Assembly: GCA_008632985.1 (NCBI GenBank)
Contig: QPGO01000016.1
Location: forward strand, 344,840-408,839
Source of the DNA: Psammoneis japonica
Taxonomy: Eukaryota
Reading direction: 5' to 3'
Length of the DNA: 64,000 bases
Position numbers and translations under genes: made by a program. Every line of letters begins with the position of its first letter. The first letter of the stretch is position 1. The notes beneath the pieces are model-generated. The model was not told the origin of the DNA. It made no database searches and saw only the letters and a program-made list of their open reading frames with translations. Positions 35,249-48,631 of the stretch are shown here, piece after piece.

Positions 35249-36804
35249 GCTGATCGATACTTCTAAATTAGCTGGGGTATCACACTACGGTATCTTGGCA
35301 TTAGACCACCACTAGCAATCAGCTACACCATCGCATCTCCCGACTCCCGATTGAATGTCACGCCTTTTTTATGATGCGAGATGCGACGCGACCACCCGCC
35401 CGCGACCTTGGCATTCTGCAGAAGAAACTATCTCGTAAACGTATGTTTCTTATGCTCTACCAATTCTGGCTCCGACAGCAAGCAAATCGCGATCTGATAG
35501 AGTCTTCGTTGTATTTTTCGTCTATTGCCTTCTCTAGTTCAGTGCCAAAAAAATGTTTGCAGTTAGACTCTATCTACCGTCTACCGGCTCATAATAAGCT
35601 CTGCGGCTCCAGCTCTCAGATGAGATGATGCAAGGGCGGGGGAGAGAGATGATGCTGTCGCGTCGCTCTGCCCATCAAAAAATGAGGCATATATTTTTAT
35701 TCAAGGCTTCATACATTTCAATAGATCGTAGGAATCAAATTTTCAAAAAATCTGCGAGACGGGCTCTCGCTACAGTACCGGTATGGAAGGAATATCTCCA
35801 GCTAGAGTGCTGTGTGCCTCCCGAGGAAATAATGACACCGTCACTTACTGGTTAGAACAGGCAAATGGAGCTTGTCGGAATCTCGAGCAAGTACGTTTCC
35901 GATACAAAATTCGTCAGCAAGGTGAAGAGTGTGCATTGGCAGCTCTCTCACATATTATGGAACCTCGGGTGAGGAGATTATCAACAAGGAGGGACAAAAA
36001 GTTTGTCCTTCAGGTCTCCACATGAGGTTGTACTGCAAGGTTAAAAATAGAACGAATTGTCCACCGCCGTAAGGAGGGCGGGAAAGAAAGCGTCCTCGTC
36101 ATCTGCGGCATGTCATTCCAAGCGGCTGATTCTTGAGGTACAAAATGAAGTTTGGAAAGAGTTTTTTTGTTCAATATGAGCATCTTTGAAAGCTGTGGCG
36201 AAGTCTACCCAGACGGACTCTTAGTCTAATGGTATATGCTCGAAAGTGCGAGCCGCTAGGATCAGACTTTGACGCTCGCCGAATTTCTTCAAGTGTGAAT
36301 GCCAACAGATGTACGTTTTGAAGCCTCTTCAAGTAGGGACTAGGCAATGATTTACGATATCCTTATTCCTATACAGATACAGAAAAATGTTGTTTCCGTG
36401 CTGTTAAGGTACTTGACTACACTATGTTCTACTAGTACCAAAGAAGATACCTCATGCGTGTGGGGCGTGAGAATGCAGATCCCCAGTTTCTATTGTTGAG
36501 GAGCAACTTCTGAGGATGTCATCTTTCGTAGATCGCTACACCAGCTTGCTTCCAGAATAAGTGGAGGAAGTAAGCTTCGAAGAAGGAAACTGAAGAGATG
36601 GCGTGCCAAACTGAACCATGATCAGAAGAAGCAACGGCAGAAGGTGTGCCGCACGGTACCGTATCCAGCAAGCCTTGTAAGATGTGGGCAACCAAGGGCT
36701 TCCGACTGCCTCCAGGTACCAACAAGGCACTCAGTAGGTATTGATGAGAGAACCAAGTCGACTCAAAACAAGCACCACCTTTTCAAGCGCAAGCGTGGAC
36801 AAAT

Positions 36805-38660
36805 CTAATTCAATAGGTCTGTCCGTTTCAAACGCCCCAAGGCTTTCATTGCTTCATCTCGATGTATCAGCCCATCACCGGCCAAGTCGATACTGTCTCG
36901 TATTTGTTCCACCATGTCTTTGACTTGGTCGTGTGATGGGTGCATGCCGAGAACATTGGCAGCTACATCCTTCAACACCTTGAGCTCGTCTTGCGTACAC
37001 ACGTGATCGATAGCGTCTGTGGCGCAAAAATGTACAATCATCATCTCAAGCGGCGTAATGGTTCCGTCGTTGTTCATGTCTGCGACCGACATGATGGAGT
37101 TCAGCATCAAATCCGCAACGCTTTCGTGGCCGTACATATGCACCAGACGTTCCTTGACTTCGTCTCGGCACAAGATTCCGTCTTTTGTTGTATCAATGTC
37201 GGAAAAGGATCCCATTTGAAGCCATATCAACGAAGCGAACACTTGTACAAGCACATTTTCGCTGGAATCGCGGCTTCCTCGTCAATGTGGCTCTCTTGAG
37301 TTGTCCACCAGTCGAGTAGCGGTTTGTGATTATCAATTCCACTAAAGAAGTTCACAGGGAGCGCAGTCAAATAAAGCCTTGACGGATCAAACGGCTTTCC
37401 TTGGATTGATTCTATTCTGTTCTTGTTAAGCTTGATGTTGTTGCAGCAATGGATATACCCACCGGAGGCTCTTGGTGGTTTGCCTTGTGCACCCCTTCGA
37501 GAATACGCAATAGTGTCTTGCAGAACTTTTCCGGGTAGGTAGCACGCCGTCATGTCAGTCGGAAACGGAATCTCTGCCTTGAGATCCGACCACGTAAAGT
37601 ATTCGTCGTCTGGACCATTGTATACCTTGTTGGCTCGAATTGATCCGGCGTTGATTATTCCACACTGTGCTCGCATCCCCATTCGAATCATGGTACAGAG
37701 AGCTTTCGTTCCAGTGGATGGCCCAAGGCGATTGTTGTGCGTGGAAAACACGTTGCTGGCCATATCGTTATGGTCGACCCAATCTTTGATAGAAAAGAGT
37801 TGTGCTTGGTCGAGCTCTCGTAAAATCAACTGATGACCCTTAACTCGTGCAACCATGTCGGCGTCGGGCGCAAAGTCTTTGGTCGGAAACAAGTCGATAG
37901 CAATCGTAGGTTTCTTTTCATTCGAGTTCCATTGAATATCAATAACTGCACCATTTTGTGCATCCATACCAGCCTTGATAATGCGACTGCCGTTGACAGT
38001 TTCGTCGTAAACTTCGTGATCGTGGCCGCCACAAACCACTGGAAAGAGGTCACCTCCAAACTCTGTGCAAAAAAGTCGATCGTCTCGCATTGATTGATGC
38101 GACAGGGGAACAATCAAATCAACATGAGATATTTTCTCTAAAACATTTTTTGTAGCATCAATTACTGGTTCCATCTTCGCACCCGCAAAAGCCCCTGGTC
38201 TGTACAAACTCGGATCGTTGGTGAGCAAACCGAGTAGTGCAACAACTTTCTTACAAGTAGAGTCCTCGTTAGACTCCACCACAATTTCTACATATTCCGG
38301 TGTCTCCACTCCAAGCTTTTCATCGAGTTGACGCATATTTGTATTGATCCATGCAAAGTTGCTCTGTTCCATACGTTGCTTGAGAGCATCCAACGTCACG
38401 TCGGCTTCGTGGTTGCCAAAGCACGCGTGTGTCACACCAGCCGCTTTCAAACAATCAACCATGGAAGCGCCCTGATCAAGACTTGATAATAAGGAAGGCG
38501 ATAAGAAATCCCCCGCGCAAATTACTATCGTCTTGTCGGGGCCCTGCTTCTTTTCCTTGACGAGTGTTTTGAAACCTGCAAAAGAATCTAGCTCGTAAAC
38601 ATCGTTGATTTGAATGATGCGAAGCCATGATGTAAACAATGCACTTATCAGAAACCTCAT
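36805..38660 (-). CDS. 5'-nucleotidase/metallophosphoesterase with C-terminal EF-hands, one frameshift near 37240
   Basis: INDVYE, AGDFLSPSLLS, GNHE, GGHDHE and INAGSIR are present. The downstream ORF has EF-hand loops DTTKDGILCRDE, DMNNDGTITPLE and DLAGDGLIHRDE. Confidence 0.8.
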
Positions 38661-39105
38661 CGACTTAAAAAATGGGTCTGATGTGACACGTTGATTAGCA
38701 GACGATATGATTCAGTGTGTCTAAGTGTGTCAGTGAAAACATCGTCTCCGCTGTGGCGACAACGATGCGATCGTCGCGATCTGCGATCTGCGATCTGCGG
38801 GTTCTGGATCCTGGATCTTACCGATCTTCGCAAAAAACTGGTAAAAAAGCTATGAAAGTTTGGTGAACAAGTCAAAAATAGGGGCAATCTGAAATTGAAA
38901 AAACGTCGAATGCACAGAAAATCATGCACCATTTTCTCACACCCCGCCTCCTGCATGCCTTAGCCCTAATTGGTCTGCCTTCATTTATTTTCCTCTACGA
39001 AGTACCAAAATCAACCCACAAGATAGTCATGGTGTCTACGACTTAGCCTTTGTTGAAGGCATGCATCTAAAAAGGGTTTATTCAACATCAAACAATGCTT
39101 CCTAC

Positions 39106-42100
39106 CTACACATTTTGGTCCACGATTTTCGCTTCTTGAAGCTGCACCGCTTCTCCAAGCCGAAACCAGCCATCCGTCCTCAAGACGGAAACGTAATGAT
39201 AACGGTGCGCCTCAAAGTCGGTCTCGGACATGTGAAATTTGACAAGATTCGACTCCCTAGAGTCCCTCATTTCCCATTCCATGCAAGAGAGTACTTGAAA
39301 GCCCTTCGAGCCCTCGGAGAGAATGTCGTTTCGAATCGATGGCCTCGCTTGAGGCATCATTTGCCTCATCATCGTCGAAAAGAAATCGCTGTGATGGTCA
39401 AAACCTCTGGATTCGTCAACTTCTTCGTTACTTGGTTTTGTTGGCTCAAGCACCAGACCAAGGCAATTGGAGTTGAGGAGTCCATGAGATAGGCTCTGCT
39501 CATTCAGGCGGATGCTTTCAGAAAAGGTCATTTGGTATTGCCTAATGCGTCCCTGTGGTAGGTGGGATATTTCCAATGGAAGAAGCTGGCTTTTGTGGAC
39601 ACGTTGTCGCGCCTCAGGTAGTGCTAACGCCAGTTGTGTTCTAAGGTCGAGGCAGAAAGCGGTCACGTTGAACTTTGACTTCGGAATACCACGCTCCACG
39701 TTATTATCACAGGGAGACTCTGTCAAAAGATCGGCTTTCGTCTTGAGAGTCTTGCTCAGTGTTGCACAGACAATGTCGTCGAGAACACACGAAACCCAGT
39801 GAATGGGATAATTCAGCCATTCGACGCAGAATACGCAGACTCGAACGAAGAGCGCCATTGTGTTGGGGTAGTTCCCTCGAATGGGTTTTGAATATTGCCT
39901 TTCTGGAGGTAGCACCACATGGAGAAAGAGCCGCTGCAACCATAAGCAAAATTCGTCCTTTGTTACCTTTGTGGTCGACTCTTTCGACCCCGTCCAAAAG
40001 TAGTAATGCCTCCAGGTATCTACATTCGGGTCTCCAAAGTATTTTACGCCCAGAATTCTTCCACCTTGTCGAGGCCTAAGACTGCTGTCGAACTGTAAAT
40101 GTAGTGCGCATAGTCCTGCCACAGTTGGCAATTCAATAGTATGTTGACATCCAACCGTGTCGTAACATGATGACTAGTTTCGTGCAGCAACGGTACGACT
40201 TCGGTGAAGAATGCCAACATGCCGGTATAGTCTGGAATATTACTGGCATGAATCCGATGAAAACGGCGGGGCGGCGTAGCGGCTGTTTGTTCACTTGAAC
40301 GAATCATCTGGCACACTGAAATAATGTCGCCAACGTTCCATTCCAGACTTAGGACTTGCTCCTTCTCGCCCATGGTAACAAGGGCGTGAGCCGCATTCCA
40401 AAAATAGCAACGGGTCCAGTCGGCAAACTCTGTCACGTCATTTTGCTCCTTTCCCTCCAGGGCAGCCCGCACGGCATCCTCATTAATCGGCGTCTCGAAA
40501 TGTTTGCTTACGCCATAATCGACAATGAAGTCGTCAACGGGGTTGAATTCGTGGCATGCGACGCCACCAAAAGCGGCATAGTAACATGGATCAAACATGA
40601 GAGGGTTCGTAGCCCATGTGGCTTCGACTACGTTCCGAGCTTTGTCCAGATCCGCTTGCTCAATGAATTGGTTTGTCATCCAATCGTCATCGCCCTTCGT
40701 CTTCTTCCTTCGTATCTCCTCCTTTTCGTAAATTTCGGTAAAAACAGGGTCGTCGCACTGGTCTCTCGGAGGAAGAATCGCCTTGGTTCTTTTGACAAAC
40801 TCCATAGCCAAACCGATTCCAGGAACAGAGAGCCTTGCTTCTTTCATGGCTTCATTCTGGTTCAAGTCAAAATCAGGGCTATCCAAAGTTTCATGGAGAA
40901 ACGTCATCATACCCTCGTCTGAAACGTCGTAACCCAGTTCGATTTTGACTTTTTCTTTCATTTCAGGCGGCCAGCTGTCCATGTCGCTATACATTTCCTT
41001 CATCATGTCTTTGATGGCATTGGATTTTTCGCGAATGCGTTCAGGAACGGCGATAATGCTATTACCCATTCCATTTCGAAGAGGAGTGACTTTGAAGTGA
41101 GAATCAATGCTTTCACAGACATTGGGAATGTCCTTCCAGTGGATGTCATATGTTTCCGTCTTGTTCTTCTTGCTCGCTACACCACGCGTCGCTTGTTGGA
41201 TCCAATACGACAAGACCGGTTGGATCCGCTCCCAGTCTCGATGCGACGTACATGGCAACCAAGGATAGACCTTTTGGAACGCCTCGTGTCCATCAAAGGC
41301 GTGGATTTCTTCCATGACGTCCACCAGCCATTCATTGACCCATGATGGCATTGCATAGCTCAAGTGAAGGTATTGCAACACTGTACACCACCGAGCGGCG
41401 GTCTCGTTCGTTTCCAGGTCCGCCAAGCATGGTGCCGACGCTCCAATTTTCTGTAAAACGACACAAACAACGACAAAGCGTGCTAAGGATGAAGCACAAA
41501 TATCGTTGCACATAATGACCAATCGGACTCGTTCTCATTGTTTCTTTTGTAGCTGCTTGTATTGTTCCAACATGTGCATGGCAGTATAGAGCACGTGACG
41601 TCCATCGTTAATACCAGCAAAGAGAATGGAAAGATTCGGTGTGGCTTCCAATCGTACTTCCACGGATGATTCCTTCATCTCATTTTTTCCATCCACTTCG
41701 TGATTGTCCAAGGCCGACATGAGAGAGTCATGACCATATTTGTAGTATTCGACAATCGGATTCACCAAGCCAGATCGGAGCAAACGAGGAGGCGGACCAT
41801 CACTGATCAATTCCTTACGCTGACGATCTCATTCAGGTAGTACGAAACTTGCTGTAGCATGCGACGTGCACGCTTCACATAAGTGGTGTTTTCTTGTGCA
41901 TATGGATCACTCATGAGCTTGTTCAAAGCCTCACATGCTTCACCCCAGAATTCCAGATAAAACAGGGCTCGAGCTTTGCGCAGCAGATTCTTACAAGCAA
42001 GCGTCTTGAGTTTCGTTGCATGGTTCTTATCGTCGTTCTGAAGGAGACAGGATTCCTGCTCTGAAATGAGCTTCATACACTTGTCTGCGTCTTGTCGACA

Positions 42101-42377
42101 AGCCTCGTATTGTCCCATTTCAAAAAGACAATTCGACTTGTTGGAAACACAAACAGCCAACAGGTACATCTCTCGAAATCATCTACCAAATAATTTTCCT
42201 TTTGTTCCATGAGTTGAATAGCTGTAGAATAACATATACAAGCTTCTTGATATTTGCCTGCGGAAAATGCTTGGTTACCGCGATCCTTCATGGCTTGAGG
42301 CGTTTTCGTTTTACTCGTTTGGTGCTGCTTCCCAGCGGAGCAAGACGACGGCTTTTCTCGTCCTTGTCGTTCGTCAT
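39106..42377 (-). CDS. TPR + DUF4470-like protein, split by frameshifts
   Basis: TPR motifs KDRGNQAFSAGKYQEA..YSTAI and SNKSNCLFEMGQY. DUF4470-like motifs ILFAGINDGRHVLYT, NDICASSLAR and FHRIHASNIPDYTG. Confidence 0.7.
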
Positions 42378-42999
42378 GACGACACAAGAGGGAGTGCTGA
42401 AACTGAAAATCAATAGAGGAGCAGACTTATGCAGTGACAGAGGCTTTCAATACAGTAGTTCTTGCTTTGATATAAGACACAACAGAGCAAGATACAGCGG
42501 GTTGGCAGGCACTCGCATGCCATGGCGAGTGACGAGTGATCATGATGCCGCATTGGCTTTCTGCGCGCACGCGGCACGCGAGCAACACTTTTTGCCACTT
42601 TCCAACTTCCTCTCTCTCTTTTTTTCGAAAAACGAGTGAAAAACGGGAAAACGTGTTGCCAGCGCGGCGCTTTTCCAACCGTAACTCGCAATGTGAAACC
42701 AGCATTTCATTGCCATCATGCCATGACTTGTGTAGATTCCACAGTGTCAGATGCAATCCAAGATGGCACACAGGAGGTGTTTCCTGCTCTGGGGCGCATC
42801 ATGTGGGGAGCCAGTGGGCGAAAGGGAGAGCCAGGCACCATGCTTGCCAGCACCATCGCCCCCTGCCAGAGCATGCATCGCAGCACTCTTTCGGTCATTT
42901 CCCTGCACAAAACAAATGTGCTGACACATGGCACAATGGCAATTTGTGAAGAGATGAGCAGTGCCAGTGTGACAACTCAGCTGTTGCTCATGCTCAATG

Positions 43000-45800
43000 T
43001 TGTCACAATGCAAGAGCTGCCCTTTTGCCGTGTGCTGCTGCCGTTGCCGTCGGCAGCATTGCTGTCCTTCATGACACCACAAGTTGCTCATTGCCAATCA
43101 TCTTCATGAGACATTGACCAACTCAAGGAATGGCCACAAAAAAAGAACAAGGACAAGTGGCTCCAAGAGAATGCCGGCAGCACTGAAATCCTCAGAATCA
43201 CCGCGGATGACAAAAAGGCACTCCCTGAAGAATTCTCTGTCTTCATCAAGTGCAAAAACAAAAAAGGAAAGTCGTTTGCGAGGAAGGCATCAAATTCCTT
43301 CAAGAGACTGCCCAAGCACCCCATTGCATCAATCGAAGCAAAGAGCAAAGATGCGCTGCGTTCATTGTTGGACGATCCTGACATCAACTTCGTTGAGGCA
43401 AATCACAAGATGCGTGCATTGCAGCCATTGGACCATTCCACAAAGCCATTGTCTCCCAAGGAACGAAACTGGAGTCTTGTGGAACTTGTCAGGTGCGGCG
43501 TCAAACTGGTTCAGGTGGACCAGATGTGGAACATTCCAAGAAGCTCTTGACAAGCAGCAAACATGACAGTGTGCGTCATTGACAGTGGCCACACATTTGG
43601 ACATCCAGATCTCCTGACCAAAGGTGTCACTGGGACAAATGCAGGAATCAGTGATTGGAAGGTCAATGATTGTGGGCATGGGTTGCATGTGTGCATGTTG
43701 CTTGTGTTGTTGTTGTCCCAATTTCCTGAAAGAGATTCCTTCTCTCCACCATCCTTTTGAATGACGGATGCTCAGACAGTCCCGCTCATGCCTGTTGACT
43801 TGTGCTTGCCCTTGCCCTTGCAGGTGGCAGGAACAACAGCAGCACTCAGAAACAACAATCTTGGTGTCAGCAATGTCCTTGGAAACTCAAATGGTTTCAA
43901 CCTGCATGTTGGCAAGGCATTGAACAACAGAGGTGATGGCTCTGAATTCTCCTGGTGTTGAAGGCCCTTGACGGATGCATGGCGGCAGGTTCAATGGTCA
44001 CAAGTGTGAGCATTGGGGGTCCAAGAGCAAGTGACCTGACCTGCAATGCATTCCAGAAGGTGCATGATGCCAGTGCCTTGCTTTTGACTGCATCCAGCAA
44101 TGCTGGTGACACTGCACATTCTTTTCCAGCCTTGTTCTCTGATGTCATGTTGGTGTCTGTAGTTGGAGAAGACAAAGACGTTGCAACTTTTGCCCAGCAC
44201 AATGACCAGGTGGAGATTGCTGCTCCTGGTGTCCACATTTTGTCTGCAGTCCCTGCATCTGGGGGACAATGCAGCATTGGTTCCTGGAGTGGTGCGTGTG
44301 TTGAAAGCCAGATGGACCAATGTTGTGGTGCGCCTGCACTGTGCCCTTCTTCTCTTTCTTCTTTCCACCAGGTGCAAGCATGGCAACACCTTTTGCAGCT
44401 GGCATTGCTGCCATGGTTTGGTCTCATTTTGAAGATTGTGCTGATCACCAAATCAGGAATGTTCTGATCTGAACCCACAAGAGACTTGGGAGAATCAGGT
44501 TGCGGCCACGACACCGGTTTTGGTGTTGTGCAAGCAAAGGCTGCGCATGATCTTTTGAAACGTGAAGAATGCACAGCAGGTGGTGAGTCTCCACAGCCAC
44601 TTTCAAAAGGAGCCGTGGGTGGTTGCCAGCAAGACCCTTCCTGTGCCCAGCCTCCCACTCCATCCCCTGCAGAGTTTCCACGTGACAAAAAGGTTTTCGT
44701 GCTCAATCTGACAACAGATGAGTGGGGCGAGGAGACCTGTTGGATGCTCATGAATTCAACAAAGGGCATCATCAATTCGGGGTCACATCGTGAAGCAAAT
44801 AAAACACACACCACACAGCTCTGTTTGCCCCTTGATGGCTGCATCTTCACCACAGAAGACACAGAGGGTGTGATGGAATCTGTTGCAAATGTGGAAACAG
44901 CAGCCACTCCCTGCACTTTGATGGGGAGCTTGAGAAAACTGGTGGCAAATTTGGAAGCAGGGAAGCAGTCAAGTTTGGTGCAAAAAGATCGTCTGACAAT
45001 GTTTTGTCCAAAGATGGTTCACCTCCCATGACTGGGATGCCAACTCCTTCACCTTCAAGCCCACATGTGCCCAACTCAAAGATGCCAAATCAGTCAATGG
45101 TTGATGGATGTGCAGATGATCCATTTTGGATTTTCAAGACAAAAAGAGGCATTGACAAGCCATGCAGATGTTTGAAATCCAAATCTGTGTCAAGATGCAA
45201 GCTGCTTGGCAAACGTGCAAACGGGGACCCAGCACATGGGATTGAAGGTTGTCCAGTCACTTGTGGGTCCTGCTCAGAACCGGGTGCAACTGACACAGTT
45301 TTGCCTTTGCCAAAACCGGCTCTGCCACTCTCTCCTGATTGCTCATCAACAATGACATCATCAATTCAGCCTGCAGCACCACGGACACTTTCCCCCTGCT
45401 CAAAGGCAAATGGTGCTCCCAACAAAAGCTCCAACATCATCTCCAACATCTGTGCCAATGATTTTGCCCACACTGTGACCAACATCTGCTCCAACGTTGG
45501 AGCCAGCTCCAGCAGAGCAAAATGTGGAATGTCGCAATGGCCCACTGGGCTGCTGGCACGATGCTGATGGAGAGCAGCACAACTGCAAATGGCATGGACA
45601 GGATGACAATTGTGAACAACATGGGACCTTCTTTGAAAACTTTGGTGCCATCATGATGGACGCCTGCTGCACATGTGGTGGCAGCCAAATGGTTGCAAAG
45701 ACTGTGGGTGCAATTTTGCTCCCTGCAAGGCCACCCACATCATCCCCAATGCCTTGGCCTGCTTCACCAACTTCAACTCCAGCATGTCAGCCTTCTTAGT
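43000..45800 (+). pseudogene. Subtilisin (S8) serine protease pseudogene
   Basis: Catalytic-triad remnants VCVIDSG..GHPDL (Asp), GHG/VAGTTAAL (His region) and SMATPFAAGIAA (Ser), plus NDQVEIAAPGV and DTGFGVVQAKAA. The C-terminal region has LTTDEWGEETCW and GDGICC. Frameshifts and TGA stops are present. Confidence 0.85.
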
Positions 45801-45867
45801 TGCCAACCATGCCTCCAACAAGCAAGCCAACTTTGATGCCTGTGAAATGTCTGGTTTCAACCCCACT

Positions 45868-46384
45868 TGCTTGTGAAAGCCACAATGGCAAAGATTTTTG
45901 ACTTTGCAATGTGGAGGGGGGAACTGCATGTTCAGCCTGTGTTGAGAGCTGGATGGTGACAGCTGTGACGATTGCTGTGAGTCCCGAGGGGGGCACGTGT
46001 CTGTCCTTGGAAACTGCAGCTGGCTGGGGAGTCTCATGCTGAGACACAGGTGGAGGGTCCTGCCGTGACAGAGTTCACAGCAGAATGTGCTCATGCTCCT
46101 TTGAGAATGCCCAGGTGAAACGACCGGTTTCTACCACATTTGCTTGTGAAAGCCACAATGGTGGAGATTTTCAACTTTGCAACATGGAGGGGGGAACTGC
46201 ATGTTCAGCACATGTTGAGCTGGATGGCGACAGCTGCAACGATTGCTGCGAGTCCCGAGGGGGGTCATGTCTGTCCTTGGAAACTGCAGCTGACCGGGGA
46301 GTCTCATGCCGAGACATGGGAAGAGGGTCCTGCCGTGACAGAGTCCACAGCAGAATGTGCTCGTGCTCCTTTGAAAATGTCCAG
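45868..46384 (+). repeat. Direct tandem duplication (period 273 bp) of a Cys-rich coding module
   Basis: tgcttgtgaaagccacaatgg at 45868 and 46141, with near-identical sequence through cagaatgtgctc.tgctcctttga. Confidence 0.9.
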
Positions 46385-47029
46385 AAACGACAACTGCACC
46401 AACACATGGATGTGCATGGAGGAGGAAACAGAGTGCTCCACATGCATCAAGTCACCAAGCAGCAGCTGCGATGATTTTTGTGAGCAACAAGGCGCAACCT
46501 GTGTTTCTGCCAAGAGAATCTCTGGCAATGAACCCAGCTGGTGGGGTGTGACAGGTGGCATGCATTTTGCAGAGAGAGTGCTGGGGATGGCTTCCTTTGC
46601 ACATGTCCATTGCCACAATCATGAAACCCAAGCCAAAGAAGCTCTGCATGCACAAAGCTCCTCTCTGAAGTGAAGCATGAGACCACAAAATGCCACTCGG
46701 CAGCTGCAGTGGGTGCTCTTCTATGATGTGCAGCTTGTCTGTTTCAGCTCAAATCACAGCACATTCTTCACAGTTTGCAGGCCCAATCATCTGTGATGCT
46801 CGCCGCACCCAACATTTTAAAATGACAAGAACATGCTTGACAATGCTCAACAGGGAGTCAACAAATTTTCAAGATGTCTGCTTCTGCCAGACGTTGCTCT
46901 TCCTGGTGTGTCAACCATTCCAAAACGCACGTGCACCTCGACCAGTGGAATGACGTGCGCCATTGAACAAAGGGCTCACAACTTGGACTGGCTCTGAGCC
47001 ATGGCTTCAGCAGCCTCCTGGGCTTCCTT

Positions 47030-48100
47030 CCTTTTCGCTTCTGACATGTTGATGCGGAACATCAGGGTCAAACGATCCACCTCCATGCTGACAGGGGCAG
47101 CCTGGATTCCGTGATTTGATTTGCAGTTGTGTGCTTGCCGCAAGGCTTGGTGTTGATCCAGGTCACTGTCATTCCCTTCTTGGGAGCAATGACAGTTTCA
47201 GTCTCCATGCAGGGAAAGAAGATGCTGGCACCACCATTGCTGAGGCACAAGACAGTTGTGGTGGTGGCAGAAGACTGGTTGTGATGGTTGACATTGTGGC
47301 ACATCTTGGTGGGTCCACAACCGGGCTTGGCACACTGGGCACACATGCAGTCCTGCTGCTCCTCTTGGCTTGGCCAGAGGGTGGCAATTTCATCCATGAC
47401 TCGACCCACCAATTTAATGTCATCCTCGTGACTTGCAGACATGGAGAAACGGAAGCATTCCTTGTCTTTGAGGTGCTTGTGAGAGACTCCAGCACAACGT
47501 CCAAAGAGCTCCACATCATCTCCAGCACAAAGGATGGCATCCGTCAACTCATCAATCACCTTGTCATCAAAAACGCTGGAAATGGTCCAGATTCCAGGGT
47601 CTTGGGTGACAAGCTCAGATTGAGCAGACTCCTTGACGTGTGGATGCATCCAAGGAGCAATGGTGTTTTCTTCATTCTTGGAGTCAGATCCTCCAAGACA
47701 ACGATGGTCGATGCAGCACTGTTCGCAGGTGACGCACTTGGACATGTCCCCACCACAGAATGACCTCAACTTGTTGCCAAGCAGTCTCCGGTCATCAAGC
47801 TCATCTTCTGACAAGAGAGCAAACTTCAAGTCACCAAGCAGGTGACATCATTCTGAGCAGCATTTGTCGCAGAGCCACATGTCCCCACTGCAGATGCTCG
47901 AACCAGGGCGGCACTCTGGACACCACTTGTTGAACAGAAGGCAGGTGGCATGGGGGCAAAAATGCCAAAGAAACCCATCTTTGTTGAAGTGTCAAGGCCC
48001 GGAGGGTTGCAACACAGTTCTGGCAACAAGGTTGTGTTCAAAGCAGCTGTCTGCATGTGAAAGTTGAACAGAGGACTGAGCAACTCGTCGTTCACCAGAA
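47030..48100 (-). pseudogene. Prolyl 4-hydroxylase-like 2OG-Fe(II) oxygenase remnant
   Basis: LVTQDPGIWTISSVFDD and TTVLCLSNGGASIFFP...VIAPKKGMTVTWIN resemble the P4H pattern T.L.YL....GG.T.FP....V.PK.G.A..W.N. Confidence 0.55.
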
Positions 48101-48229
48101 GATCCTGTTTTTTCCGTCAGCGTCATTTCTGCTGAAAGGAAGAATTGAAACAGTGGCGGGTCAATTCTTGTGTGCACATTGATGCATGAAGTCGAAAATG
48201 TGTGGCAATGCTGCACATGCAAATGTTCA

Positions 48230-48631
48230 AGGGTGGTTGGTTGCTGCTGTTTTTAGCTTGAATTCGGCTGAATGGCTCATGTTTTGCATCGTGATTCTTC
48301 CTGAATTTCACCGTGCTTCACCGTGGTGAAAACAACAAGCCACAAGTCTGTGATGGAGGAGGTCCGTCTGCCAACTCTTGTTCATTTTATGTTTGTCATG
48401 CATCAAAGATTGCACACACCTGAAAAGTTGGCAGATGGCAAACTGCATTTTTGAGAAACATCGATGATTGTCATTGTCATCATGCTTTGATTGCAGTGCT
48501 GATGGTTCTCATTTTTGTGCACAATTGGGTGTGACTGTGAACAATTCTTGCACTCAAAAACAAACACTGCAAAAAACCTCATTCAAATGCAATGGCAATT
48601 TTGGGGGATGGGCAAGGAGATGACCCCCCTT
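48230..48631 (+). mobile_element. Mutated copy of the 31008-31403 MITE
   Basis: It shares tgaatttcaccgtgcttcaccgtggtgaaaaca and is collinear to the gatgaccc TIR remnant. Confidence 0.88.

Noticed and set aside
25672..42377. Frameshifts in ispH, NLE1, the RmlD-like, AAA, 5'-nucleotidase and TPR genes read as programmed frameshifting or pseudogenisation
   Set aside because: They also hit essential genes whose motifs are otherwise intact, and I see no shared slippery motif. Assembly indel errors are the simpler explanation; read mapping would settle it.
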